A stretch of 64,000 nt of DNA from a virus (taxonomy: Duplodnaviria > Caudoviricetes). The stretch lies in IMG/VR virus record IMGVR_UViG_3300028887_000075, positions 1-64,000 of that record; one strand, given 5' to 3'. The first letter of the stretch is position 1. Every line of letters starts with the position of its first letter. Below are positions 26,589 to 36,977 of this stretch, in pieces. Position numbers and translations under genes: made by a program. The notes below the pieces were generated by a model. The model had not been told where the DNA came from. It saw nothing but the letters and a program-made list of their open reading frames with translations, and did no database searches.

Positions 26589-29360
26589 ATGAATCGCTTC
26601 CGTAACTATCTCAGCAGAATCGAGGACAGGCCGCTTGCAGAGGCGGTCGGCCGCATGTACCATGCGCTGTTCGAAGGTCTTACTCCGCAACAGAAGACAC
26701 GCAGGACCATAAGGGCAATATTGAATCCTCCCCCGTCCGGATGGGATTCTCCTGCGGTACGTACCGACGGCTCCGAGTTCGTATCGGAACACGGTACCAC
26801 ACTTACCTGGGACCAGGTGCTGGAGACGTACCTGCGCGGGCTTGTCTTCCGGGACAAGGCGATTTCTCCCAAGTTCGAACCGGGAGTTGCACGTATTGCA
26901 TACGGGGAGCTCGGGGTGTGGCCTGAGGACATCGAGGACTTCCGCACGGAAAAGCCTGAAAGCAAGCCGCTCGGGCAGTTCAGGTCTATACTGCACATGC
27001 TGAGCGGGGACGCACATGTCAACGAGTACGACTTCGACCTGAACGGCCTCAAGTATGCGGAACTGGTTGACCGTTTCGGCAAGTCCAGTTCGGAGGCCGA
27101 TGCCGACGATACCGAGGACACCGGGGTACTCAACTATAAAATCGTACACATCCCGGACTTCGAGACGGCACAGGAATACGCCAAGTATACCAACAGGTGG
27201 TGCGTATGCCATTACCGGAACTACTTCAACAGGTACACAGCCCGTGGAAAGAACACGTTCTACATGCTGTTCGCTCCCGGGTTCGAGGACATGGAGGACG
27301 TGCACGGAGAGAACTATCCGAAGGACGAGTACGGGCTGTCGGTGATAGGCCCGATGATTGCCCCGGACGGAAGCGTGGAGTACTGCTGTGTCCGCCGGAA
27401 CCACGAGGGCGGCATGGGAGACCATGCACTTACCGAGAAGGAACTGTCCAGGCTGCTGGGGCGTCCGGTACGCAAGGTTCTCCCGCATATCGAGAACGAA
27501 TCAGCAATGAGCATAACCGCCAGGGTGAAGGCCCAGATGGCCAAGGGAATGAAGCCGGAGGAGATATACGGCTCGGTCGACGGGAGGCCCTGGGAGAATG
27601 CTACGATTTACCGGCAGAAGGACGGGACCAAGGTCCTGGTTGACAACAGCACTATGCTGCCGCTGGTCGACTACGAGCTGGATTCCTGGGGAAGCCTGGA
27701 CGATAGGGCTATATATGCCGACGTGGCTGTCGGGACGACCGAGTATGACGACGACATGTTCGTAACCTTCCTAATCCGGAAGGACGGTAGCGTGTTCGCC
27801 ATCGGGGCTTCCGACATAGAAGCGAGGGATGAATACGACCCGCTGTATTACGACGTGGTATCCAACATTTCATCGTCCGGCATAGCCGGCCTATACCACG
27901 TGCGTCTTGACAACGGATACAGTTGCGACCAGACACTGGTGTACTTGCCGGAAACTGGTGGACCGTTCGGAGTAACTGACATTCACGAGGAGATTACCGT
28001 CTATGCCGAAGACGGGCTTGTCGTATGCGACCCGGAAAGCGACACCTTGTCCAGTGGGGAAGGCGACCTGGAGATATTCCGAGTCTATCCTGATGGTACA
28101 CGGAAGGAACTGCTCGGTAACAATACGCTGGGGTCGGCGCCTATCCACGTGTTTGTCTGCGATGAGGGAATGCCCGACGGCAAGGTAAACGTACTATACG
28201 ATGATAGCGACGGCGAGCTGATAATTATTCATGATGGCGAGGAAAAGGGAACCGGCATATATGCGTACGACTTCGACTACATCGACAACCGCGTGTATCC
28301 CGGTGTCATATGGGTCGAGAAGGAGGACGAGCCCGGCTACTGCGTATATTCACTGAAGGACATGAAGCTACTTGCCGACAATCTCCCGGGTAAACCAGAC
28401 GACAGCGGTATATTCGAGGATGCCGACGGGCTGAAGAACATTGTTACCGGCCATGGAGTCCTGCTGGAACACCCGGCTTTAGCCATAGAGGTAACCGGGA
28501 GCTTCCGTACTCCAATCAGACTTGCTCTCCGGCACAAGGACGATAGGGGGCGATGGCACAGTTCCTACTTCATCGATGCGACTATGCCGGACGGCGAGCA
28601 TTTCGTCGACATGGATACCGGGAAGGAACTGTATGACAGGGCCATACCGAATGAAGCATACCCGTACACGGAGACCCTGTACGTCGGCCCCGTCGCCGAG
28701 GGAGACAAGACCAGGAGGGCCATGTTCACGCTCGATGGTAGACAGACTTCATGCTCGTTCGACAAGCTGGACATGATAAGCGAGATAATTAAGCGATGCG
28801 ACAAACAAGGCAAGGCGACCGGGTACAACCTGGTTAATCCTGATACCGGGAAGGAGCTGTTCCCTGATTGGCTGGCGTCTCGCCCGGAATTCCTATCGGG
28901 GTCGATGGTAAAGGACGGCATCGACCGTGGCCTGCTACGCTGCACCCGTGAGGACGGCAAGAAGACGATAGTCATGATGCTTACACCGGTGGAAGTCAAT
29001 AAGGACAATGGTACTGAAAAGATAGGCAACAGCCGGTTCGAGATGACCGACCTCGGGTGGCACGACCACTTCGAACAGGTACCCGGCTGCCCGTTCGTCC
29101 TGCTGATACATGACTCGTCTACCGGGAAGATGCCCGTGGAGTCGAAGAAGTACCTCACTGTGGCATACGACTTGCGCACCGGGAAGCATACCGGGAGATA
29201 TCCTGGCCCAAGACTGATAGCGACATTCCGGGCGCTATGCAAGGAGTACGGTGCCGACCTGGACAACCGGGGCATAGCGAGTACGCTCTCCGTATGCCCG
29301 GAATGGACCGAATGGATTGACGCACACATAAATACTGCTGAAAAGTGGAGGGAAGACTAG
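26589..29360 (+). CDS. ALFE-leader family protein with large acidic beta-rich C-terminal region
   Basis: YHALFEG; conserved core; ATG 7 nt after GATAAACT (26574-26581). Confidence 0.8.
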   Translation: MNRFRNYLSRIEDRPLAEAVGRMYHALFEGLTPQQKTRRTIRAILNPPPSGWDSPAVRTDGSEFVSEHGTTLTWDQVLETYLRGLVFRDKAISPKFEPGVARIAYGELGVWPEDIEDFRTEKPESKPLGQFRSILHMLSGDAHVNEYDFDLNGLKYAELVDRFGKSSSEADADDTEDTGVLNYKIVHIPDFETAQEYAKYTNRWCVCHYRNYFNRYTARGKNTFYMLFAPGFEDMEDVHGENYPKDEYGLSVIGPMIAPDGSVEYCCVRRNHEGGMGDHALTEKELSRLLGRPVRKVLPHIENESAMSITARVKAQMAKGMKPEEIYGSVDGRPWENATIYRQKDGTKVLVDNSTMLPLVDYELDSWGSLDDRAIYADVAVGTTEYDDDMFVTFLIRKDGSVFAIGASDIEARDEYDPLYYDVVSNISSSGIAGLYHVRLDNGYSCDQTLVYLPETGGPFGVTDIHEEITVYAEDGLVVCDPESDTLSSGEGDLEIFRVYPDGTRKELLGNNTLGSAPIHVFVCDEGMPDGKVNVLYDDSDGELIIIHDGEEKGTGIYAYDFDYIDNRVYPGVIWVEKEDEPGYCVYSLKDMKLLADNLPGKPDDSGIFEDADGLKNIVTGHGVLLEHPALAIEVTGSFRTPIRLALRHKDDRGRWHSSYFIDATMPDGEHFVDMDTGKELYDRAIPNEAYPYTETLYVGPVAEGDKTRRAMFTLDGRQTSCSFDKLDMISEIIKRCDKQGKATGYNLVNPDTGKELFPDWLASRPEFLSGSMVKDGIDRGLLRCTREDGKKTIVMMLTPVEVNKDNGTEKIGNSRFEMTDLGWHDHFEQVPGCPFVLLIHDSSTGKMPVESKKYLTVAYDLRTGKHTGRYPGPRLIATFRALCKEYGADLDNRGIASTLSVCPEWTEWIDAHINTAEKWRED

Positions 29361-31796
29361 ATGGACAGCTTTTCTCGATACCTGATGGAAAACGTAACCA
29401 ACGCGTTCGTGCGCAGGTCGGCAAACAGGGCGTTCAATGCCCTGTTCGAGGGGCTTACCCCTTCTCAGAAAACCCGCCGGGCAATCCGCGGTATGCTCCC
29501 GGAGCCTCCGGGAGGCTGGGACGCACCCGCCATGGATGCCGACGGGAACCAGCGGTTCACTGCCGAGAACGGAAGGCCGATGACCTATGCCGAGGCGCTC
29601 GAGTACCATGTCCGCAATACGTTCTTCCATGACGGCGGAAGGTCCAATCCCCGGTTCGAACCGGGCGTGGCCCGCATAGCCTACAAGGAGCTCGGCCTGT
29701 GGCCGGAAGGGCTGGAGGACTGGGCGAAAGGCCAGAGGCCAGCCTCGACGGACACCGCGTCGGTCGGCAGGTTCGCCCGTATCCTGCGCGAAATCAGCGC
29801 GTCGCATTCCGACGACTACGACTCCGACCTCAACGGAATGTGGTGGATGGAGATATATGCGCAGTTCGCCCACGGGAGCACCGGGGAGAAGTACGTCAAC
29901 GAGGACGCGGACGGCACAGGGAGCAAGTACAAAATAGTATGGATTAGGAACTACGAGGATGCACGGGAGTACGGCAAGTACACGGAAGGTACCCAGAGGT
30001 GGTGCCTCACGGAATACCGCCGCTACTGGAACCACTATACCAAGGGGAACACTGTGAAGATGTACTTCCTTGTATCCCCCGACGTAGATAAGGTGGAACC
30101 GGTTCCCGGCCCGAACGCCCCTCTGGATGAATACGGGCTTTCGTTGATTGGGGTCGGTATAGCGCCTGACGGCACCCTGGACAACTGCTGTACCAGGTGG
30201 AACCACATGCACGGCGGGTCCGACATGGCAATGGACGAGGAACAGCTGTGCAAGCTTCTGAACGTCAGGGAACTGTCCGACGTATGCCCGCCGTTCACCG
30301 ACGAAGACCGGGCAGAAACGGAAGCAAAGTTCGACCAGCTCGTAGAGATGGCACGGACGGGGAACGCGCCGCACGGCCGCAAGGTCGAACTGGTACATTC
30401 GTTCGGGGATGTCCGCGTGTATGACATACCCCTTGGTGCAGGGGAACATTACAAGATTGTCCTGAAGTCCGACGGTACCCCGGTAATCAAGTACCCGATT
30501 TGGGACGAGAAGGTGCACGGGGATTACTCGATGGTTGCCTTCTACGACCCGTACTTCGGCGATAACGGGAGCGTGTTCGATGGCGAGCCGGAAAGCGGCA
30601 GCAGGGTGATAGTGCGGTATGACGGCGCAGCATACACTTCGCCCGACGACGATGAAGACATAGAGTATGAGGACGTGCTATACGGGACGGAACGCAGGAA
30701 AGGCCGGGAAGGAATCAACTACGGCCGCGCATACCTGGTCAGTGAGACATACGGCGACACATTCATGTTCGACGTCGCCAAGATGGACTGGACCGGGGAG
30801 GAAGTCAGGGTGGACGACGTGTCCGGAAACCTGTTCCTGTTGAACGGAGGTACCCTGTGCGTGATGACCCCGGACGGCTACAAGGAGCTGACCGACGACG
30901 TATATGACGACGCCGAGGACTTCTTCTACGGCAGCGGGTTTGCAGGATGCTGTAAATACAATGGCAATCTTGAACGCTCGTATGTACTGTATGACGACAT
31001 CACCGGGGAACTTCTGTCGGAGCGGCTCGACATACAGAACTCAAGCATCATAATGGGCAAGCTCGCATTGCAGCTGGAATACAGTGACGGAACCATGGAG
31101 CTGCTGGGAGTCGACGGAAAGCCGCTTATCGGAAAGGGAGACATGGCCGACGACCGGCCAAAGATATACGACCTGCGTGGCGAAACGGTGAAGTCATTCT
31201 TCGGGGCACTGTCCAAGGAAGGCGAGCTTGTCACCGCCGACTGGGGCACCGACGATGACGGCATCGCCAAGGTCAACTCACTGGTAAAGCTGAAGCTTCC
31301 CGTCATGGATATCCCGGAAGGTGCCGTGGTGCGCCCCGTGATTGCGGGTAACGGCGGCATAGGCGCACTGGTCCGCAACGGGAGGAAGTCCCGGGCAAGG
31401 TACATTTCCCCCGACGGCAGGGAATACCTGGGACCGTACGACGACTGGGACACCGAACTGACCGACCGCGCCGCCCTGATACTTGAACGGGACAACGGTC
31501 CCGAGAGCGTACTGTATGGCGACCGGCTCGTCCCGGTGAACATCCTTGACCCGACCACGGGCATCCCGGTGTTCCCCCCGGAGTTCGAGCGGAAGATGTC
31601 CGGCAGCCTACGGGAGATACTGTGGGTCAAGTCCGCTAGGAAGCTATACATGGAGTTTGCCGGAAAGGACCGGGAGCGCAGGGCGTTCTCCATGGAGCTC
31701 GGCGGGGAAATGAAGGAAATCAATCCGGAACAGGTTGACTACATGGTGAACAACCGGATGTACGACCACATACGTATGAACCCGAAATTCAGGTGA
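29361..31796 (+). CDS. ALFE-leader family protein, tandem paralog with divergent C-terminal region
   Basis: FNALFEG; RFEPGVARIAY, PLDEYGLSLI, TRWNHMHGGSD. Confidence 0.8.
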   Translation: MDSFSRYLMENVTNAFVRRSANRAFNALFEGLTPSQKTRRAIRGMLPEPPGGWDAPAMDADGNQRFTAENGRPMTYAEALEYHVRNTFFHDGGRSNPRFEPGVARIAYKELGLWPEGLEDWAKGQRPASTDTASVGRFARILREISASHSDDYDSDLNGMWWMEIYAQFAHGSTGEKYVNEDADGTGSKYKIVWIRNYEDAREYGKYTEGTQRWCLTEYRRYWNHYTKGNTVKMYFLVSPDVDKVEPVPGPNAPLDEYGLSLIGVGIAPDGTLDNCCTRWNHMHGGSDMAMDEEQLCKLLNVRELSDVCPPFTDEDRAETEAKFDQLVEMARTGNAPHGRKVELVHSFGDVRVYDIPLGAGEHYKIVLKSDGTPVIKYPIWDEKVHGDYSMVAFYDPYFGDNGSVFDGEPESGSRVIVRYDGAAYTSPDDDEDIEYEDVLYGTERRKGREGINYGRAYLVSETYGDTFMFDVAKMDWTGEEVRVDDVSGNLFLLNGGTLCVMTPDGYKELTDDVYDDAEDFFYGSGFAGCCKYNGNLERSYVLYDDITGELLSERLDIQNSSIIMGKLALQLEYSDGTMELLGVDGKPLIGKGDMADDRPKIYDLRGETVKSFFGALSKEGELVTADWGTDDDGIAKVNSLVKLKLPVMDIPEGAVVRPVIAGNGGIGALVRNGRKSRARYISPDGREYLGPYDDWDTELTDRAALILERDNGPESVLYGDRLVPVNILDPTTGIPVFPPEFERKMSGSLREILWVKSARKLYMEFAGKDRERRAFSMELGGEMKEINPEQVDYMVNNRMYDHIRMNPKFR

Positions 31797-31806
31797 GGAT
31801 ACCGAT

Positions 31807-32157
31807 ATGGCTAGAAAGAACGGAATGTACGGCCCCCCGGGCCACCCCGGATGCTCCTGCGGAATGCCGCCGGTGCCTCCGCCGATGCACCATCTTCCCC
31901 CGATGCCGCCGCTGAGGGGACCGGTAAAGATTGTGGAGAGCCGGGAGACGCCCGACGGTAAGTTCGACATGGTAAGGTTCCAGAATGGCATGCCCGGCAT
32001 GATTCCGCATGGATACGTCTTTGACGGCTACGGTTTCAAGGGGAACGGTCCCCGCGTAATGGACACGCACGACATCCGGGGCGACATCTCCAACTCCGAG
32101 GGAATGGACGTGCCGAACATCTGGTTCAACAACTCAGACTGCGGCCAGAATTTCTGA
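31807..32157 (+). CDS. Small Pro-rich hypothetical protein
   Basis: GAGGA SD; similar in composition to the Pro/Cys-rich genes at 41-42.5 kb. Confidence 0.6.
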   Translation: MARKNGMYGPPGHPGCSCGMPPVPPPMHHLPPMPPLRGPVKIVESRETPDGKFDMVRFQNGMPGMIPHGYVFDGYGFKGNGPRVMDTHDIRGDISNSEGMDVPNIWFNNSDCGQNF

Positions 32158-32188
32158 TATTTGCTATATTTGGTACCGAGGTACATCT

Positions 32189-33106
32189 ATGCAATTATTG
32201 TATGTCAGAGACCCGGAACAGATTGTCGGATATTCCGATACGGTATGGGACATTTGCCAGCGGGCGTATCGTCCTATAGGGGGGTTTAAAAGCCTTTCCC
32301 GTAAGGAAGATATCGGAAAACGGGTCCAACTACTGAAACTTGTGCATACCGCAGATGCCGATGGCAATCCGGTGATAGGTGCCTGCGCCTTGTACCTGGA
32401 CACCAATGAAGGATTCAAGGGAATCGGTTATGCCGGAAACAAGGGAATAACATCTGACTACAAGGAATGTCTCGAACTAATCATACAGGATGATATTGCC
32501 GAGTTCACAGGCTGGTACTGGGTAGAAGCAAGCGGCGCAGTAGACAGTTATTTCATGAAGAATCACGGAATACTGATTCCGAACATATATGTATCTAGAT
32601 TGCTGCACAGGGAAATGAGCCAGGAGGATTTATTGCCCGATGGCTTCTGGTATAAAGTCAGGCTAGGATTGTCTGACCCTGAAGTATATACAAAACGGTT
32701 GTACGGTTTCCCGAACAAGGAAGCATATGACAGTATTATCTCCACATATTCTACACTGGATAACTTCACCAAGCTGACACAGGATGTTCTCCAAGGTAAA
32801 ATCAAGGCAAGTGACCTACCTAAGTTGGAAAGTGAAGAACCGGTTCCGGTAGATAAGCTGAAAGGTGCATTGTGGTACATATTCAACCTGGATGAATGCT
32901 GTGTTGCCAATGACTTGTACGAGGTTCCGCCTCTTTGGATTGCTCTTCTCAAGGAGTCGATGGACTTACTGTACAAGTACCATGATAGATACCACAGTAC
33001 ATCAATTAATAACATGATGCGAATCGGAGAAGACCTCACTAAACGGCTTACACCGCTAGCGTTCCACCCATTCGAGACGCATCCGGTTCCTCATATCGAC
33101 TTATAG
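32189..33106 (+). CDS. Hypothetical protein (AT-richer than neighbours)
   Basis: 305-aa ORF; TTGCTATATTTG at 32161-32172; hairpin at 33111-33137 downstream. Confidence 0.7.
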   Translation: MQLLYVRDPEQIVGYSDTVWDICQRAYRPIGGFKSLSRKEDIGKRVQLLKLVHTADADGNPVIGACALYLDTNEGFKGIGYAGNKGITSDYKECLELIIQDDIAEFTGWYWVEASGAVDSYFMKNHGILIPNIYVSRLLHREMSQEDLLPDGFWYKVRLGLSDPEVYTKRLYGFPNKEAYDSIISTYSTLDNFTKLTQDVLQGKIKASDLPKLESEEPVPVDKLKGALWYIFNLDECCVANDLYEVPPLWIALLKESMDLLYKYHDRYHSTSINNMMRIGEDLTKRLTPLAFHPFETHPVPHIDL

Positions 33107-33152
33107 AAAACCGGGGCAGCCAACCTGGCCGCCCCGGGAGAATCCTGCGCTT

Positions 33153-33563
33153 TTAATTGCCTTTAAATATCTTCCCGAACTGCGAGATGAAGTCGGCGGC
33201 GTTGGCCGCGTCAAGCTCGGGATACATGCTTTCGTTCACTTCAGGGGCAGGTCCTGAATACTCCTTCTTGAATTCCCCGTACGGGTCGCCGTCGATGTCG
33301 TACCCGTTCTCTCCCAGTCCATCCAGGAACAGAGTCTGGACATACCTGTCGAGTTCCGGGTCGTCCTCCACCGGTGGCGGCGCGTAGTACTTCGATGTGT
33401 TGAATCGGCTCATGCGGTCGAGCACGTCGTTGTGCCCGTAGACCGGGTTGTCCATCGCCATGCGGTTGAACCGGTCGATTGCGGACTCGGCCGGGAGGTC
33501 GTCAGTCCACCCGCGCCCGTCGACCATGACGAGACCGCCGATTTCGCCTACATCATCAGCCAT
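33153..33563 (-). CDS. Acidic hypothetical protein
   Basis: Start MADDVGE overlaps the upstream stop; GAGG SD. Confidence 0.6.
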   Translation of the reverse strand: MADDVGEIGGLVMVDGRGWTDDLPAESAIDRFNRMAMDNPVYGHNDVLDRMSRFNTSKYYAPPPVEDDPELDRYVQTLFLDGLGENGYDIDGDPYGEFKKEYSGPAPEVNESMYPELDAANAADFISQFGKIFKGN

Positions 33564-34221
33564 TGTCCACCTCTGCGTCCACGCGGACGAGCCTGCGGCG
33601 GCCGCTCGGGTCGCGTACGGTAAGCCTCGTCTGGAGGTCCGGTCCCACGTCGGCGACGAACTGCCCGTTCTCGCCAACCTCGTTCTGGATTTCCTCCATC
33701 GTGCGCCTAATCATGTACATCAGTTGCTCCCGGTTGCCAATCTGTACTAGCCCGTTGGCCGACTGGAAGGTGCCGTCGCCGTTGTCGGTGACATTGTTGA
33801 GAATCTGGGGCACGATGGAGCGTACGTTCTCGTTGACACCCATGTCGTCCATGATTCTTGTCATGCCCTGCTCGGTCTCGATGTCGGGAGCAGCAGCGTC
33901 TGCCTGGGGGATTTCCTGGGGCTCGTTCACGGGTGCCCCGTCGGGGAGCAGCCGGTTGGCACCGGGATACTGCACGTCCACCGGCTGTAGCCCCGGGAGG
34001 GCCCTGCGACCGGCGCGTGCCCTGCGTTCCTCGCCAATCATGCCGAGCAGCGTGTGCATCGCGCCCAGCATCTCCTGTTCAGCAGGGCGTTCTCCCTGCT
34101 GGCACCGGGAGATTACGTTGAAGACACCGGCGAGCGGGTTGTCGTTCCTTCCGTTGCCGCCGTATACGTCCTGCCGCCTGGTAATGTTGTTTCCTGGCAT
34201 CGTCGCCCCGTACTTATTCAC
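33556..34221 (-). CDS. Hypothetical protein
   Basis: GTG start 6 nt after CATAAACT (34228-34235, minus). Confidence 0.65.
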   Translation of the reverse strand: MNKYGATMPGNNITRRQDVYGGNGRNDNPLAGVFNVISRCQQGERPAEQEMLGAMHTLLGMIGEERRARAGRRALPGLQPVDVQYPGANRLLPDGAPVNEPQEIPQADAAAPDIETEQGMTRIMDDMGVNENVRSIVPQILNNVTDNGDGTFQSANGLVQIGNREQLMYMIRRTMEEIQNEVGENGQFVADVGPDLQTRLTVRDPSGRRRLVRVDAEVDNG

Positions 34222-34285
34222 TCCGGTAGTTTATGGGTGTTTGTTGGAAGCCACCGGGATAAACTGTCATATGTCGGGTAATTAG

Positions 34286-34708
34286 ATGGCGAAAAAACAG
34301 GTAGTCAGGACTCTCTACGGCAGGAAGATTGCCGCCAGCGTGGCCAGCGAGGACACCAGAGGGCGCGACATAGCGTCCAGTATCGACCGTATTCCCGGAA
34401 AATATATTTCGGGCGCCACTGTCGACGGGGACCACCTCGTTCTTACCGAGGTCGACCAGTCCGGGAAGAATCCGACAACGAGTACCGTGGAGTTCACCGG
34501 TGGTGGAAACGTGAGGGCCGACTGGGCGGAAGACGACCCGGCAGCCGAATCATTTGTCCTCAACAAGCCGGACATCATAATTCCCCTCGCTAGCCCGGCT
34601 GCACAGGGAGGCTACGCCGCACCGCGCAACCTAGTCGTGGTGGACACGATGCCTGCATCGGCAGACATCGACCCGTATACCGTGTACCTTGTGAGGGAAT
34701 CTACCTGA
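34286..34708 (+). CDS. Tail fibre-associated protein
   Basis: ADWAEDDPAAESFVLNKP and VVVDTMPASADIDPYTVYLV motifs typical of phage fibre proteins; GATAAACT at 34258. Confidence 0.55.
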   Translation: MAKKQVVRTLYGRKIAASVASEDTRGRDIASSIDRIPGKYISGATVDGDHLVLTEVDQSGKNPTTSTVEFTGGGNVRADWAEDDPAAESFVLNKPDIIIPLASPAAQGGYAAPRNLVVVDTMPASADIDPYTVYLVREST

Positions 34709-35901
34709 TGGCGGCAAGTATCGGTTCAGCCGGGATACGCGAGATTCGGTACGGCAATGCCCGTATAGCTAAGGTATACTACGGCAATGTCCTGATATAC
34801 GACCGTCCGTATATCAAGCTGAAGTTCTACTTCGACCGCACCAACATCAACCCGAGGGCGAAACTGGGAACCCGAGCCAAGAAATGCGGTGCGGAATGGC
34901 TGTCCTCATCCGACCCGCACATATGGTATGTCATAACTCCGCTGTATACGCAGGGCGCAGGAACGCACGACCAGCTGGTTGGCATAGGCAAGCTGTTCTG
35001 CGGCGACTCCAGTGACAACGGGCTCCTGCTGGCCTCCCAGCTCGGTACGTGCCAGGTAATGGAAATAACCGGAGACTATGACAGAATCCAGACCATCGAC
35101 CGTGTGTTCCAGAGGTGTACTTCCATCACTAGTGTAAGCACCAGCGGATTCTATTCAAAGTTCTCAGACAGTACAGCACTATTAAATGTCAATAGTGTAT
35201 GTTGCGAATGCACCGGTATAGCCGACGGCTCTTCCCTGGCCGGATATAACATACTCAGCCAGGTTGCTACGGTCAATACGCATGCCGCCACGTTCTCTCA
35301 GGCGGACACCCCGACCAACCTTGTCCAGATTCCTACCTCGTGGGGCGGAACACTCGCGCCTCCGGCCACTCTGCTGAGCTGTACAAAGGCCAATGCCGCC
35401 GGGTGGAATGTCAACACTGCGGACCCGGACTGCCCGGACTTCTCTACTGTATCTGCGCTGGAAGTATTTACCACCTCGAGCATATCGGCATATGCCGGGG
35501 TGAACATGAGGAAGAGCAACATATGGAACCGGGCGCATGGTCTGGCCGTATCTTCGGCCACATACTACTATCCGGCGTTCTTCCAGGGAACTGGTACCTG
35601 GCCTACCAGCGCTACACATACATATACCCCGACCTGGATATTCTGTCCTCCCGGTTACAACGGGATGCTGCCGGCAGGTACTGATACCGGCGACATGCCG
35701 GGAACATTGGACCACGAGCTGTACGGCACGTTCGGGTGCATATATGGAACCTACGATACTGCCAAGCCGGTATATTTCGGTTTCCTTGTCCTGAACGACC
35801 TGTCCGACCTTACCGGATTCAACCCGGCGACGAAGAAGTTCGGAATACACTCGAACACCAATTTCAAGGACATGGCAATCAACTGGTATCTGCCGGACTA
35901 G
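34708..35901 (+). CDS. Putative receptor-binding/fibre-associated protein
   Basis: Short N-terminal IREIRYGNARIAKVYYGNVLIY segment; T/S/G-rich body; coupled to the previous gene. Confidence 0.55.
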   Translation: MAASIGSAGIREIRYGNARIAKVYYGNVLIYDRPYIKLKFYFDRTNINPRAKLGTRAKKCGAEWLSSSDPHIWYVITPLYTQGAGTHDQLVGIGKLFCGDSSDNGLLLASQLGTCQVMEITGDYDRIQTIDRVFQRCTSITSVSTSGFYSKFSDSTALLNVNSVCCECTGIADGSSLAGYNILSQVATVNTHAATFSQADTPTNLVQIPTSWGGTLAPPATLLSCTKANAAGWNVNTADPDCPDFSTVSALEVFTTSSISAYAGVNMRKSNIWNRAHGLAVSSATYYYPAFFQGTGTWPTSATHTYTPTWIFCPPGYNGMLPAGTDTGDMPGTLDHELYGTFGCIYGTYDTAKPVYFGFLVLNDLSDLTGFNPATKKFGIHSNTNFKDMAINWYLPD

Positions 35902-35942
35902 ACGACGGTCCACATTCCGGCATTTTTTGCTATATTTCCGGT

Positions 35943-36131
35943 ATGAGAAGAGTATACTGCATATTTACCGAGAACTGCTCCCGGAGAAGGGAGCTGGCAA
36001 CGGGCCGTGTCTACGCCGACCTGTCTACCGCTATCGCCGACCTGAAGAAACTGGTGGCCACCGGGAGGTACCCGGAGGCCGGAATCAGTCCCGTGGAAGT
36101 AGCCGGCGATGAACGGAATGATAGGTGTTGA
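35943..36131 (+). CDS. Small hypothetical protein, probably leaderless
   Basis: ATG 6 nt after TGCTATATT. Confidence 0.45.
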   Translation: MRRVYCIFTENCSRRRELATGRVYADLSTAIADLKKLVATGRYPEAGISPVEVAGDERNDRC

Positions 36132-36251
36132 AACCACCATAGCCAGCAACTTGAATCGTTGTGCATCGCGTCATGAATTTGGCGCGGGGTTCGTGCGCCT
36201 TGCGGCGCTCCGGTCCCGTTCGCTCTAGGCCCAGAAGGGCCTAGGCTCACA

Positions 36252-36968
36252 TTAGGAATCCTTGACGAGCCGAACCGAGAAACCGGCGTTCTTGTAGTCC
36301 GTATCCTGGTACATCGTAGCACCCGTATCAAAGTTTCGGCGATAGGCACGACTACCACTCTCTGTAATAGTCCAAAAGTAAGCGTAAGAACCAACATTGA
36401 TGAAACTACCATAGTAGAGACCTGCGGGAAGAACTCCGAAACCGTAATCGTCAGTACCTCCCCAAGACGTAGCCCAACTGACATTTGCGGCCTTGAGTTT
36501 AGTTCCTGCCGTAGATGTCCCGCCGACTGCGTTGGCAAGTGCCGTCCACTCATCATTTGTCGGAACGTGCCAACCCGGACAGAGCGTAGCCCTGTTGTCA
36601 TTCAGAAACTTTACGGCGTACCAGTTGTACAGCAACCCGCATTTTCTAATGCCATCAATGCCATAGGTTGCTTCGTCATTATTGTAATACCAAGCGTTAG
36701 GAGTAGATGGTGTACCGCTACCACCGATATTGCAACCGCTGAACTTGTAGTCAAGATTTTCGGCAAGCCATTCAACTCCACCGATATTGACAGTCCTATA
36801 CGTCCTTCCGACAACAGACCCGCCGCCACCACCACTAATACTAGCAATAAGGTCGGGACAATCATCCAACGCACTCCCGGCAGGCACGTCAACGCCCTTG
36901 TCGCTTATTGCTTGCAATATATCGGACTTCACGCCCTGCAATCTTGTAATTTCGCTTGCAATGCTCAT
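36252..36968 (-). CDS. FISUMP (Fib_succ_major-like) domain protein; possible DGR target
   Basis: WLAENLDY, GLLYNWYA, CPGWHVPT, YFWT, GFSVRLVKDS; two hairpins after the stop. Confidence 0.82.
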   Translation of the reverse strand: MSIASEITRLQGVKSDILQAISDKGVDVPAGSALDDCPDLIASISGGGGGSVVGRTYRTVNIGGVEWLAENLDYKFSGCNIGGSGTPSTPNAWYYNNDEATYGIDGIRKCGLLYNWYAVKFLNDNRATLCPGWHVPTNDEWTALANAVGGTSTAGTKLKAANVSWATSWGGTDDYGFGVLPAGLYYGSFINVGSYAYFWTITESGSRAYRRNFDTGATMYQDTDYKNAGFSVRLVKDS

Positions 36969-36977
36969 AGTTCCTCC

